Shown piece by piece: positions 24,152 through 36,280 of a DNA stretch of 64,000 nucleotides (its first letter is position 1; the number at the start of each line of letters is the position of its first letter). The notes under the pieces are model-generated. The model saw nothing but the letters and a program-made list of their open reading frames with translations. It was not told where the DNA came from and searched no databases. Origin of the DNA: Botryllus schlosseri. Taxonomy: Eukaryota. The position numbers were made by a program, and so were the translations under genes. The stretch lies in NCBI GenBank assembly GCA_051294905.1, contig CM119371.1, positions 11,222,001 through 11,286,000 on the forward strand, in the 5' to 3' direction.

Positions 24152-24561
24152 TAGTGCGGAGCATGGACCGGAGCCGGATTGGATATCCGGCCGGATTTTT
24201 TCAAATTTGGTCGGACCGGATCGGAGCCGGATCAATACTTTTTCTGATACGGCCGGATCAGTACTTTTTTGATAAGGCCAGAATCTTTATGGATAAGCAT
24301 GACGTTTGTAACTAAATAACTACCAACAAACAACACGCAAGTAACCGCCAAGCAAGTGCGAAAAAGGAACGAGCCATATTTTTCAATTCACGGAACCACC
24401 GTACCGCGTTGGGCGGGATTTCCGGCAGGACTTTTTCATTTTTGGCGGAGCCGGATCAGTACTTTTTCCTGATACGACCGGAGCCGGATCGGAGCCGGAC
24501 CAGAGAATTGGCGAACCGGATCGGAGCCGGACCAGAGAATGTGTCGATCCGCTCCGCACTA
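24152..24561. mobile_element. hAT-type MITE with CCGGA repeats
   Basis: TIR TAGTGCGGAGC / GCTCCGCACTA; TSD CTATCTAC/CTACCTAC. Confidence 0.75.
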
Positions 24562-24671
24562 CTACCTACAGATAACAAGAGCACCTACTATATGTTCGAA
24601 AATTCTGATTATTATTGACTTAATTCATTATTAAAACGACATCATCGTACTCCAGTTGGTGGTGAAGTTAC

Positions 24672-25152
24672 TTGTTCTCTCTGTTAAAGTTGATGACATT
24701 GGAGTGACATCCCAATATCCTAAAAGAATATGTACACGATATTTAGTCATGCAAAAACAATGGACAGTACAAAATAATACGGGTTTGTGCGAAACTTTAA
24801 CGACTTCAGGTAATTTGCAATTAACTCTGAATTACTATCGATTGATTAGAAAATTACAGGTTCTTGTAGCCAATCGCAGATAATTTTGATTTCACATTGA
24901 AATATTACAGTAAAATATTTGGACACCATTTTAGAGCAACATTCATTTTTATATGCAGACATAGATGTTTCTCTGATAAAGATAAAATTAAACTCAAAAT
25001 ATTGTAAAAAGGTGTCTTACTATACAAACCTTGGTTTGTACAACTTCCTTCGACAGGGCAGTAAATCGTTTCAATCCCACCAGCGTAAATATTGATAGAT
25101 GGTGGTTTCTTTTCGCTTCCGGGACATGGTGTACTGTACCTTTCATCGATTC
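24672..25152 (-). CDS. Putative 5' exons of module 2 (25021-25152, 24672-24719)
   Basis: Both phase 1-1 with canonical sites: GIDERYSTPCPGSEKKPPSINIYAGGIETIYCPVEGSCTNQGLY and GYWDVTPMSSTLTERT. Confidence 0.4.
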
Positions 25153-25245
25153 CTGATGTATATACGAAGTAATATTAAGAGTAGTTTTATATATTTATAT
25201 CTACCACTAAATACGGAAACCACCACAACTTCATATACTTTCACT

Positions 25246-27555
25246 CAGTGGCGGCTCGTGACAATATCGGGTGGTGGGGCAATGGCTGCGAGCGACTTTT
25301 ATCAACATGACGTCACAATGGCGTTTTCCAATGTAAAAAAAGTAACTTTATGATGTCACATGAATTTCCCAACAACAGTGATTTTAACGTAGGTGCCGCG
25401 AGAGGTTTGCCGGAGAGCCATGACTTGAAGTGTGGTAACAAAAGTTTTATTCATTTTTTTTTAAATCAAAGGAATATTTTATAAAATGTAGGTGAACTAA
25501 GAATCGTCCCTGTGCCACGAATCAATTATCAGGTCATCCTTAGTAGCATGCGTTATGATTTCATGGTAGAGTAAGAGATTACGCAAATCGATAGGCCCTA
25601 ATTTTTCTAAGCCCGTCCGAAAGTGTTTCGTACACGATCCTGGTGTGTTACGACCACTGAGCTGGTGGTTACGACCAGGTGATAGGCAACGATTGGATCA
25701 GTGGACTGGACAACTTAGACCTCTAATTTTCGCTCAAAAGGCAACTGCGTAAACTACGTACGGAGCAAAGATTCAATACGATTCATGTTCGCACTTGACT
25801 TGACCTGACTAATTCCAATGACTAGAACTCGAGAGATTGCGTAAGCCTAACTGGAAAGGTCAACGAGTTCGGACACATACGCAATTGTTATCTCATAGAT
25901 TGGGTCTGTCATATTGAATCCAGAACATCAATTTGAATGGTCTTTGAAAAACTAAGGACAGCAGCCTCGGAACTTCGGTCTCGGAACAACATAGGACATT
26001 TTGGCCTTGAAACTGGAGACTGTGACACAACACATATGGCTTACTGTCTATAAGTCTGCTGCGAAATCGCCGTTGGAAAATATATTAATCAATAAATACA
26101 TGAATGAAAGCCGTAAACTTAGTATACTGTTACAAGAAATCAACGAGAAGTAGCATACGCAATCTCATAATCCATCCCGGCATGGTACACTGTCAAAATC
26201 AATACAAACAGACGAACACCGAACTTTGAGTAAAATAGATCGAGGAATAGGCTGATCCAATGATCAGCTGTTAGCCGACATCGAAAATGAAATAGCTATC
26301 GCATTTGACAGGGGACTGTAAGCAAATGGTTTGAAGGCCACAATTTCACAGTGAAATGGACGTTGGCGAACACAAAATTATGTGAATATTGAATGCAAAC
26401 CGAGAATCTTAGTTAGCTGTTTCATGCGATCATCGAGATATGCCATTGGAAATATCATCACCGATCTCGTTATGGAACGCAGACTAGATTAGCACAGACC
26501 GACGCCGGCTTTTGCGAGAGAGCCGCAATGATGTACCTAGGCTAAGTATCAGATCAGCGCGCATCTCTACCATACTCGACCTCGAAAACGAAATAACTGC
26601 CTCAATCATTGAGTGTCAACTTTAAGACTTGGCACCGCGTTCGATACTAAAATCAAGACATACCGTGCAAAAGCTCATGACAGATCTAGGTATGGAACAT
26701 CGTTAAAATCAATAGAGACCAATAACGGCTTTTGCGTAAATCTGTTAGCGATAAATGAAGAGTCAGCTCTCACTCGACTTTGGAAACGAAATTACTACCA
26801 ACATAGTTCAGCGACAAACTTAAAACTTGTTACAGCGGTCGATACTAACATTAAGACTTACCGTGCCAAATGTCATGACCGATCTCGGTATGAAACATCG
26901 TCAAAATCAATGGACATCAATACCGGCTTTTGAGTAAAATCTGTTTGCTGTACAATGTACATGATAGATCAGCACACACTGAACTTCGGGAACGAAATTA
27001 CTACCCTTATTTTTAAGTAGCAAGCCTGAAACTTGTAGCAGTGGTAAATACTACCTTCACAACATATCATACCAAGTTTCAAGAATTATCATGGTGCGAA
27101 ACACCGTCAAAATCGACCTATACCAGCAAAGGTCGACTCAACGCATATTGCGGTAACCGAGTTCAGATATAGATACGATTGTTACATCACACCTTAGGGG
27201 CAACCAGACATATTTGCCCCGGTTGCTCGGCCATTTTACGAATAGGAGAGAGTAAATCACCGTTTCTTTATTGTGCGCGGCTTTGAGAGAATAGATAGTG
27301 AAAGCTTGTTATGAGCGCTACCGGGGCAAGCCCCGGCTAGGCATTCACAAAGCGAAACACACAGAAGATAATTCGATTTTCGCAGAGACTTCGCTATGTA
27401 TGGGCATTTGCAAGCGAAAGCACAAGAAGAACGCGGGTTTCGCTGTGATCTCGGTATATATTGAGCGCTGTGCGTCTATAAATGGTTAAATTGTTATTGA
27501 ACAGAATTTTAGGTGGGGCAATGCCCCAGTTGCCCTAGAGGGCGAGCCGCCACTG
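25246..27555. mobile_element. hAT non-autonomous element
   Basis: TIR CAGTGGCGGCTCG / CGAGCCGCCACTG; TSD CTTTCACT/CTTTCATT. Confidence 0.75.
26130..27150. repeat. Degenerate tandem array of about 200 bp units (about 5 copies)
   Basis: Recurring CATGAC(A/C)GATCT..GTATG(G/A)AACATCG..AAAATCAAT..CGGCTTTTG..GAAACGAAATTACT motifs; best-conserved units at about 26620-26820 and 26820-27025. Confidence 0.7.
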
Positions 27556-27667
27556 CTTTCATTACAGTTTGGTAAAGATTTTAAGCTAAAACCGAATCTC
27601 AATGCCTTTCCTTCAAATAATTGCTAAAACGCCTTCAAATTTATATCTCGTATCAAATACTATAGTT

Positions 27668-29699
27668 CAGTGCTTTTCAACCTGTGTGACGGTTCGCACT
27701 GGTGCGAATGAAATAAAATTCAGTGCGAATGACGAAGGTGATGCGAATAGTGCGAATGAAAATCCGGATCAAGTGCAAATGACGAAGGTGGTGCGAATGG
27801 TGCGAATGAAAATCTGGATCAAGTGCGAATGAAAATCGTGATTAATTGATAACTTTTCTGACGTGGAATAATTCGAATAAACCTAATAGGAAATTTAAGA
27901 CCAGTGTAACTTTTGCAGTTGCGACGCAATTGTAAAAACTTAATACGACGCACGACTAATCGTAGCTCTCGTAAGCCGCAGTAAATTAATATTCATGCAC
28001 TATAATTATTACGTAACCAAAAGCCGGGTCTGGTAGCTGGTGTCGTGGCAGTATAGAGATCTCTACAATCTCTATAGTGGCAGACATACAGTATATCAGC
28101 CCGTCTCAGCCTTCGACAGGCTGAAAAAATGACATCAAATTGACTTTCTGCTTTCTTTCGCTAAACATTCATAATATTTTCGTAATAACTGTGCGATTAG
28201 CGCGAGGCACGAGGATAGTAGTAAATAACATCATTACAGACTCGCATTTGCAAGTTACTGTAACAACGCAAATATAAACCCTTCAAGGGCTATTAAAGTA
28301 TCGACCGCAAAGGGTATAATTTTGGGTCGACACGGTGCCAGAGCTATCTGTTAATAGGTATGTAAAATTTATTTAATTTATTGCAAAAAAACCTGCGCTC
28401 GTTTTTACATATCCAAGATCACTTTGTTGGGTACTGTAGCCAATAATCGAGACAAGCTATAAATATGGCTTTATCATGAGAATTCATGATAAGATTTGTC
28501 CGACTGTTTTTTTCTTGAAAACATGGTCAAAGACCGTTGCGATGAACTAGTGTAGGGTGTGCGACGAGCGAGATCAGGCCTATGAGACTCATTCATTTCG
28601 ACGCCAACCCCTTTTGCGTCGGGACACATGACGACGTAAAGTTTTGGCGAACAAACCGCTGATAAAATGCGGCGCTAAAAACATAAGCAGTCTAAAAATG
28701 ACCGATGGTGGATGGCCAAACCTTTCGAAATGGATTGGATATGATGCTCCGTTGTCGGCACGGAATAGTCCCGTTATTGCAATCTGAGTAGACAGTAGTA
28801 CAACCGCGATAGGCAGAGGAATTTAATTCGCCCTAATTTGGAATAGAGTGCGTCAGACATGTTTTGTAGAGCTGTGTTGAGTAGAATCGTGGCGTGCACG
28901 TTCTGTATGTCATACATGCCCGTAAAATCGTAGCATACAACTGTAATATTAAAAATAAATTCATTTGTATGGGTGAGGCTCGGGTCGCGAGATGCCACAA
29001 AAACCCAGATTTTGGTGGTATTCTAAAAGCTGCTTTACCGTTATTAAACTGTCATGAATTCTCAAGTTAGATAGAGTAGATAGAGTAGAGTAGAACACAA
29101 AGTATCGTGAGTTATTTGCTTTTCTCATAAACTTGCGAGACAGAAGTGTGAGCAACGTATCATCAGATAGCGAGCGCTAATGTTCCTACTCTCCTTGATC
29201 GTTTTGCACCTTATTTTTCAAAGGCATAAGGCAAAAGCTTCAACACAAACATGTGTGCTTTTCATTCTTTCGACAAACTACAAACTGGAGCCTCACGGGA
29301 CCTTCGTGTCAGCTCTCAAAAACGATTTCTGCCAGCAAGCATTTTTCACTCGCGAAAAATACGCAATATTTTGGATAGGAGTGCAACACAGATTTTAAGA
29401 CCTGGCCATCCAAGCACTGGTAGACGTCCTTGTGCAAATTCCCAACAACATTGTTTGGCCGAGAAGGCTTTAAGTGAAATATTTGAAAGCAAAACGAGCA
29501 AAAAAAGTTGCCTTTTTAATGAGACACTTGATAGCTTCAGCTACATAGTAGCCAATTTTGATGCACATCTGAACGACATATTGTTAAGTAGGCCTATCTT
29601 CATCTTCGTTTTGTATAAAAATTTTCGACTAGTTTGTGCGAATGAAATTTATTTTACAAAAAAAGTGCGAACGGAGCTCAAAAAGGTTGAAAAGCACTG
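27668..29699. mobile_element. hAT non-autonomous element
   Basis: TIR CAGTGCTTTTCAACC / GGTTGAAAAGCACTG; perfect TSD CTATAGTT; TGCGAATG subterminal repeats; related pieces at about 53950-54260 and 57480-57620. Confidence 0.85.
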
Positions 29700-30717
29700 C
29701 TATAGTTCAATACGAGATAGAGGAGTTATTTTTTTTTAAATAATTGTGAAAATGGGACATTGTGGCGCTTGTCACCTTATCGGTCTGGTGCGCCACGACA
29801 GAAATGAGGCGATAGAAGTTCCGGCCGTACGAGAAGGTTATATTTGGTGAACTCAAATTTCAAGTTCAAGCAAAATCAATCAAATATGCTCGGTGCCAAT
29901 CGTATTTTGGGCATGCGAGGAGGAAGTGATCCCCATTCTCGGGTACCAGGCATAAGTCACACAAAGAGGAGTTAATAATACATTTGTGATAGCAGTGTTT
30001 CTACATGTAAATTTTGATGATTAAAAATCCTGACTGACTAAACTAGCAACCGCACATGAATAATATTAGGTATAGATGCCACCTATTAGATCAGGGGTGG
30101 GCAAACTACGGCCCGCATGCGGCTCTCCACACCGTTCTGTGAGGTGCGGGAGAGTCTAAAGAAACTTATTAAAATATTGATAAGATGCGTACTAAAAATC
30201 GAATAGGGACTTGATTAAATTTTGTCTTAGTAGATTTCACCATGATAATTCTAAAGCAGCGGTTCTTAAACTGGGGGACGCACCCTCCTTGGGGGCGTGA
30301 AAGCATCTGAAAGGGGCGCGTCGCTGAGCTCGACTAAAAAAATTTTCGCGCTCTGCGCGACTTACATCACACTAGTCATTGTTGCTATGTATTTAGTCTT
30401 AATTTCGTATTTAAAAATCTCTCATCCATAATCGTAAACTTCCATGCCATCAAACGATCCGTTAGGTTTGCTAGCATCCTGATTGTGTTTTGTGAAATGG
30501 TGATATGGGGTGCGCGAAATCTTAAACCATCATAAGGGGGGGGGGGGGGGCGTGTCCTAAAAAGTTTGAGAACCACTGTTCCAAGTTAAATACTTCCTAT
30601 ATTATCCTTTATGTTTAATTTTCGGCGCGACAGCCCCATCTCAAGCCCCACGCAGTTTGAAAGGAATCATCTGTTAAACATCACAGAATTTCTAAACGAG
30701 ATTGACCTAATTCGGAT

Positions 30718-30936
30718 TGTGGTGATTGTTGTGATTGTATAAGTGCTGATTACTGTAATTAGTTTACTTTGCTCTGTTCATTCCTTTCGTACCTCAGTTG
30801 CTTATATCTGTGTTGTCGAGTGCATGTCCTAGTTCCGTGAAGTTGATTGTAGCTGAATTTCAGTTAATAAAAACCTAGAAAGCTGTCAAGCAGTTTCGTC
30901 TTCGTCTACCTACGCTTTCCTCGAAAGGTCACCACA
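30718..30936 (+). repeat. 5' LTR
   Basis: Identical by eye to 34852-35070. Confidence 0.95.
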
Positions 30937-30937
30937 A

Positions 30938-30949
30938 TTTTATTAACTG
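30938..30949 (+). promoter_or_regulatory. Non-tRNA primer-binding site, complementary to LTR 30861-30872
   Basis: TTTTATTAACTG, 1 nt after the LTR, is the exact reverse complement of CAGTTAATAAAA in the LTR; no TGG start. Confidence 0.75.
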
Positions 30950-30972
30950 CTATTTACACAATCGACCCTTGA

Positions 30973-33900
30973 ATGACTTTCTCTCAAGAGAAGTATATCC
31001 GCGTGCCGGTTCTAGATTTATTACCGAGCTCTCAAGACTCTTCGAAAGTATTCAACCACTGGGACAAAATGTTGTCGAGCTTTATATCGGCTGCAGAGTC
31101 TTCTTTGCCATCGACCAGCAGCACGGACACTGGACAAGAATCTAGCAGTGGCCGTCCCGGGGCAGTTCTCGATAAGTTGGCTATTTTGATTGGTTATGTA
31201 TCGCCAAGCGTGTACGCTTTGATCGAAGATCATGGCACGTTCGAATCTGCCATGGCACACCTAACCAAGTTATATCGGAAGAAAAAGAACATCATATATG
31301 CTCGACATTTACTCGCAACTGCTAAGCAAGACTCTGGTGAGACCGTCGCTGATTTCTCACAAAAGTTGATCGCTCTGTCTCGTGATTGCAATTTTGAAGC
31401 TGTTAATGCAGAAGTCCATAAAATGGAGGCCGTGCGAGATGCCCTAATTACTGGCTTGCGGTCCTCTGCCATTAGATTGCGTCTTCTCGAACATGATGAG
31501 TTAACACTCGAAAAAGCCATGCAGATAGCAGACTCTCTTGAACGGGCGCAAGCGTTTTCCTCGTCCTATGAAATATCGCCTCCTACCGCCAACATGGTAC
31601 CGGGAAATCAGGAAATGCAGAAGACTTCACATACGCCTGATCAATCGCCTATGTTGTCCTGCAGCTCTGAATTGGCTGCATTACAGAAGTCTCCTGAAAA
31701 AAAGAAGTGCTTATTTTGCGGCGGTTTCCATACGATGCTTCGCAAGTTTTGTCCAGCCCGAAACAGCGAATGCTCGAGATGTGGCCGACGGGGTCACTTT
31801 GCCAAAGTCTGCAAATTCAATTTGGCTTCGCTAGCCGGTGTACCCGGTTCTTTGAGGCGTTCGACGTTGGAAGTTTTTGTTGCTGAGAGATTGGTCAAAG
31901 TACTTGTAGATTCGGGGGCATACGAATGCTACATTAGCTCATCATTCGCCAAAATTCTCAATCTCGCTCTTACTCCTCGGGATTGCACTATTACCCTTGC
32001 ATCAAAGTCATCTTCTGCTCGAGTTATTGGTCACGCATACGCGACACTTCGTATTGAAGATAAAGATTACGGCGCAACTCAATTTTGCGTCGTTGATGAA
32101 CTGTGCGCCGACGTAATTATCGGTTTGGAATTCCTCAAACAGCATAAGAGAGTTATATTTGAATTCGGTGGGCCGAAGGGAGATCTCGTAATAGGACGCA
32201 AGCATTGTGCCGTAGCTGCCGCTAAAGTGATTGATCCGCCTGAAATATTCAAGTTTGTCGACCCAGCTGTAAAGCCTGTAGCTGTGAAGTCGAGAAAGTA
32301 CAGCTCAGAGGATCGATCTTTCGTACGGAGCGAGGTGTCAAAGCTCCTGGATGAAGGCGTTATAGAGAAGTCGGTATCTCCCTGGCGAGCTCAAGTTTTG
32401 GTAACCAAGGGCCCTCGACATAAGAAAAGGTTAGTGATTGATTACTCGCGGACGATAAATCGATACACCCCTTTGGATGCTTATCCGCTACCAAAAATTG
32501 ATGACATTGTCAATGAAGTTGCAAAAGGTGTTGTTTATAGCACGATCGATCTCAAGTCTGCCTATCACCAGGTGTCTCTCTCTGCGGCCGACCGACCCTT
32601 CACAGCTTTTGAAGCTGATGGTTGTCTGTATCAATTTCGTCGCCTACTCTTCGGCATCACCATTGGGGTCGCTGCATTTCAGCGGTTCATTGATAAATTT
32701 ATAGCGGACAACCACTTGAAAGGCACAATAGCTTACTTGGATAATGTAACTATATACGGAAGGAATCAGAAGGAACACAATGAGAGGCTCTCTTCGTTCA
32801 TGTCCGCCGCTGATTCAACAGGTCTGACTCTAAATAAAAATAAATGTGCGTTTGGGGTTTCGAAGCTCTCACTGCTCGGCCATCTGATATCCCACAATGA
32901 TATTCGACCCGATCCGGATCATTTGCGACCCTTAACGCAAACGCCGGCTCCAAGCGATACTCGTAGTCTGAAGCGCTGTTTGGGCATGTTTTCGTACTAT
33001 TCAAAATGGATTCCGTCCTTTTCCGACAAAGTGAAGCCCCTATGTGAAAATGTCGTGATTTAATTATTTCAGTGCGTGTAGTTGGTAGATTCGTTCTCTG
33101 TATGCGTAGGATTATAGTATTTATATTTTATCTACACATAGTAGAACATGAATCCTATCATGGTTTTGATGGATTCCGTCCTTTTCCGACAAAGTGAAGC
33201 CCCTATGTGAAAATGTCGTGTTCCCCTTGCTTGAAAAACAGAGAAACGCGTTTGAAACGTTAAAACAGAATCTACTTCGTGCCTGTTTGAGCTGCATCTA
33301 TGATGACGAACCGTTTCAAGTTGAATGCGATGCTTCCGAAGTTGCGATCGCCTCTATTTTAAGCCAAAAGGGCAGGCCTGTTGCGTTCATGTCTCGAACG
33401 CTATCAAAATGCGAAATGAAATACCCCGCTGTAGAAAAGGAAGCTTTGGCCATTGTCGAGTCTCTTCGAAAATGGGATTATCTCTTGAACCGAAATGAAT
33501 TTAAATTGATAACGGACCAAAAGGCATTATCTTTCATATTTAGAAAAGACCATCCGAGTAAGATTAAAAATGCAAAGCTCACTCTGTGGAAACTCGAGTT
33601 AAGTCCGCTAAAGTATCAAATAATTCACCGCCCTGGATCCGAGAATATCGGACCTGATACTTTGTCTCGGGTTTGTTGCTCGTCCCCAGGCCAGCCACAC
33701 ATGAGCCTTCAAGAGATCCATGAAGCGCTGAGTCACCCTGGAATTCGACGACTTGATTACTTTGTCCGATCCAAGAATCTACCTTTTTCTATGGAGGACG
33801 TTAAAAGAACTTGTGCTAATTGTCAAATATGTGCTAAATTGAAACCTCGGTTCTTCATGTCTAATGAAACGAACAAGTTGATAAAAGCTACTCGACCATG

Positions 33901-34819
33901 GGAACGTATTAGCATCGATTTCAAAGGTCCCGTTGATGGACCCAGAAAGTTTGTACTTGTTATTATTGACGAGTACAGTCGCTTCCCATTTGCTTATCCT
34001 TGTCGCGACATGACGTCGTCAACGGTCGTCAATTGTCTCTCATCCTTGTTTTCGCTTGTCGGTGTACCGGAATATGTACACAGTGACAGGGGTGCCTCAT
34101 TTCTATCTAAGGAAATCACCGATTTCTTGACACGCAAGCGTATTGCCACCAGCAAGTCGACTCCTTATCACCCCACAGGCAATTCGCAATGCGAGAGGCT
34201 TAATCAGACTTTGTGGAAATCCGTCAAGTTGCTTTTGGAAAGTCGGAGATTGCCGGAGAGACATTGGGAATCGGTTTTGCCGGATGCTCTGCATTCCATC
34301 CGGTCGCTCTTATGCACGGCAACTAATTGTTCTCCTCATGACAGGTTCTTCAAGTTTGAAAGGAGATCCATGTTGGGCGACTCCATCCCCGACTGGCTTC
34401 TTCATGGCGGCACCGTACTTCTACGAAATTTTGTGCGGAACAAAGGCGACCCCCTCGTTAATGAGGTAGAACTATTGGATGCCAACCCTAAATACGCCTT
34501 AATACGTTACAGAAACGGCGTAGAATCAACGGTTTCCGTTAAAGATCTCGCACCCTACCCTGTTTCTACAAAGTCTTCTGAGGCGCTTGAAAGAAAGGAA
34601 AAAGAGTTTTCCTCTGTCTGCGATACAACGGAGCCGTCATCCGATGAACTTACCACCTCGTCCAGCAGCGAAAAAGATGGCGTTGCTAGTAAAACATTTC
34701 CTCCGCGTCGCGACGAAGTAGTGGAGCCCAGTAGCAGCGCAGATGTCGAGGAACCTCCACTGCGTCGATCCACGCGCATAAGGCGCGCTCCCGAACGTTA
34801 CGGGCAAGGGACCTCGTAA
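30973..34819 (+). pseudogene. gag-pol polyprotein, interrupted at 33058-33220
   Basis: Gag with CLFCGGFH..CPA..CSRCGRRGHFAKVC; protease VDSG; RT YLDN; RNase H ECDAS..EKEA..TDQK; integrase HHCC, SIDFKG, HSDRG, SQCER; no chromodomain. Deleting 163 bp joins the two ORFs in frame (1227 aa). Confidence 0.92.
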
Positions 34820-34839
34820 AAGCTAGTCCCTATTTTCTT

Positions 34840-34851
34840 GGTGGGGGTGAA
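34840..34851 (+). promoter_or_regulatory. Polypurine tract
   Basis: GGTGGGGGTGAA directly before the 3' LTR. Confidence 0.65.
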
Positions 34852-35070
34852 TGTGGTGATTGTTGTGATTGTATAAGTGCTGATTACTGTAATTAGTTTA
34901 CTTTGCTCTGTTCATTCCTTTCGTACCTCAGTTGCTTATATCTGTGTTGTCGAGTGCATGTCCTAGTTCCGTGAAGTTGATTGTAGCTGAATTTCAGTTA
35001 ATAAAAACCTAGAAAGCTGTCAAGCAGTTTCGTCTTCGTCTACCTACGCTTTCCTCGAAAGGTCACCACA
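34852..35070 (+). repeat. 3' LTR
   Basis: Identical by eye to the 5' LTR; followed by TSD CGGAT. Confidence 0.95.
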
Positions 35071-36004
35071 CGGATCACAAGTGTGATTTCAGATTGGCCA
35101 CTCAAGTTTTAATTATTTCAGTGCGTGTAGTTGGTAGATTCGTTCTCTGTATGCGTAGGATTATAGTATTTATATTTTATCTACACATAGTAGAACATGA
35201 ATCCTATCATGGTTTTGATGCTGTCGGCATTGTGTGTACTGGAACTGAACCAAAAGTGGAATTAGTAAATCTGTTAATAGATCGCTGCCCACAGATTCAA
35301 ATTTAAATCCTGTTCTAAGAATCGGGACAACCGACTTTCATCTTTAATAATATAAGCAAATTTATTTTATCCATGTCCGCACTAAAATCAAATACCAATA
35401 TTGCGTTTTGGTTTATAATCTCAATTTTATATAGTGCGGCGCGCGCATTGATTCAGACGTTGAATGCGGCCCGCGAGCTCAAAAGTTTGCCCACCCCTGT
35501 ATTAGATAGTAGACTTCACTAAAGATGGTGCGGGATAATTTTTCTTGCAATAAACAAATCAAATCATTGACACACCGTGTAAAAATTTTTTATTCAACAC
35601 TTTGTGCTTCGAAATTTTGAGATAATATGTATGAGTTGTTGTGTAGTTGGACAATCTGGTTCCAGAACATGTCGATCGATTTTAAGAAAGAAAAGAAAGT
35701 AGGTGGATACATTCATAAGATCATAAGATACATGATCGACATTAATTTTGAAAATCGGTTTGGCACATATAATACATACTGTATGCTATCTCCAGTGTAA
35801 ACAATTTATCACGAAAACCATACCCGTTATTGTTAGAATAGGTACGTTGTGATTGGGAGGATGGATTGTCGCAACAGAAAAGCTTATTATCTACCTTGAA
35901 TGTCTGTAAAAGCAGACGTGATGATCGACTTAGTCAGCGTTGATACTCGGGTAGAAGTATCCGTAACAGCGCATATCGCTAGTTAATTATATGTATAAAT
36001 CGGG

Positions 36005-36280
36005 GTAGCTGGATAGCGTAGCGGTATAAACCGCAGCTGTAACCAATGGGTTGCGGGTTCGAGTCCGGCCGAGGTCGACTCCAGAATTCCTACCTAAGTG
36101 TTGGAGGTTCATTGTGGCTCCTCCTCGCCATATCGTCAGTGTAAGCGGTGTCTTATAAAAGCCTGGAAATGGGCCGTGCTACAAGTCGGTAGCTACGACA
36201 TATAAATGACGAAATTTGGCCTGGTGTAAATGAAGTTGACAAACACCGTGAATATCGCAAACATAAATCATCGAGGTTTC
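36005..36280 (+). mobile_element. tRNA-derived SINE-like element
   Basis: Pol III A box TAGCGTAGCGG (36014-36024) and B box GGTTCGAGTCC (36056-36066); no convincing cloverleaf; 3' end approximate. Confidence 0.6.

Larger units (their letters stand above)
30718..35070 (+). mobile_element. Ty3/Gypsy LTR retrotransposon (Mag-like), full length
   Basis: Two 219-bp LTRs with TGTGGTGA..TCACCACA ends; 5-bp TSD CGGAT on both sides; gag-PR-RT-RH-IN order. Confidence 0.96.
30092..35499. mobile_element. hAT Charlie-type MITE hosting a second MITE (30257-30578) and the Gypsy element
   Basis: TIR CAGGGGTGGGCAAAC / GTTTGCCCACCCCTG; perfect TSD TATTAGAT at 30084-30091 and 35500-35507. Confidence 0.85.

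Noticed and set aside
25490-25700. Minus-strand frame LGPIDLRNLLLYHEIITHATKDDLI resembling a CARD helix pair
   Set aside because: Lies inside hAT element 25246-27555, is bounded by stops and has no phase-compatible donor.
29251-29739. 162-aa ORF
   Set aside because: Inside the non-autonomous hAT and crosses its TIR; sister copies are not open in the same way.
36005-36080. tRNA gene
   Set aside because: A and B boxes are present but there is no convincing acceptor or anticodon stem; more likely a SINE head.
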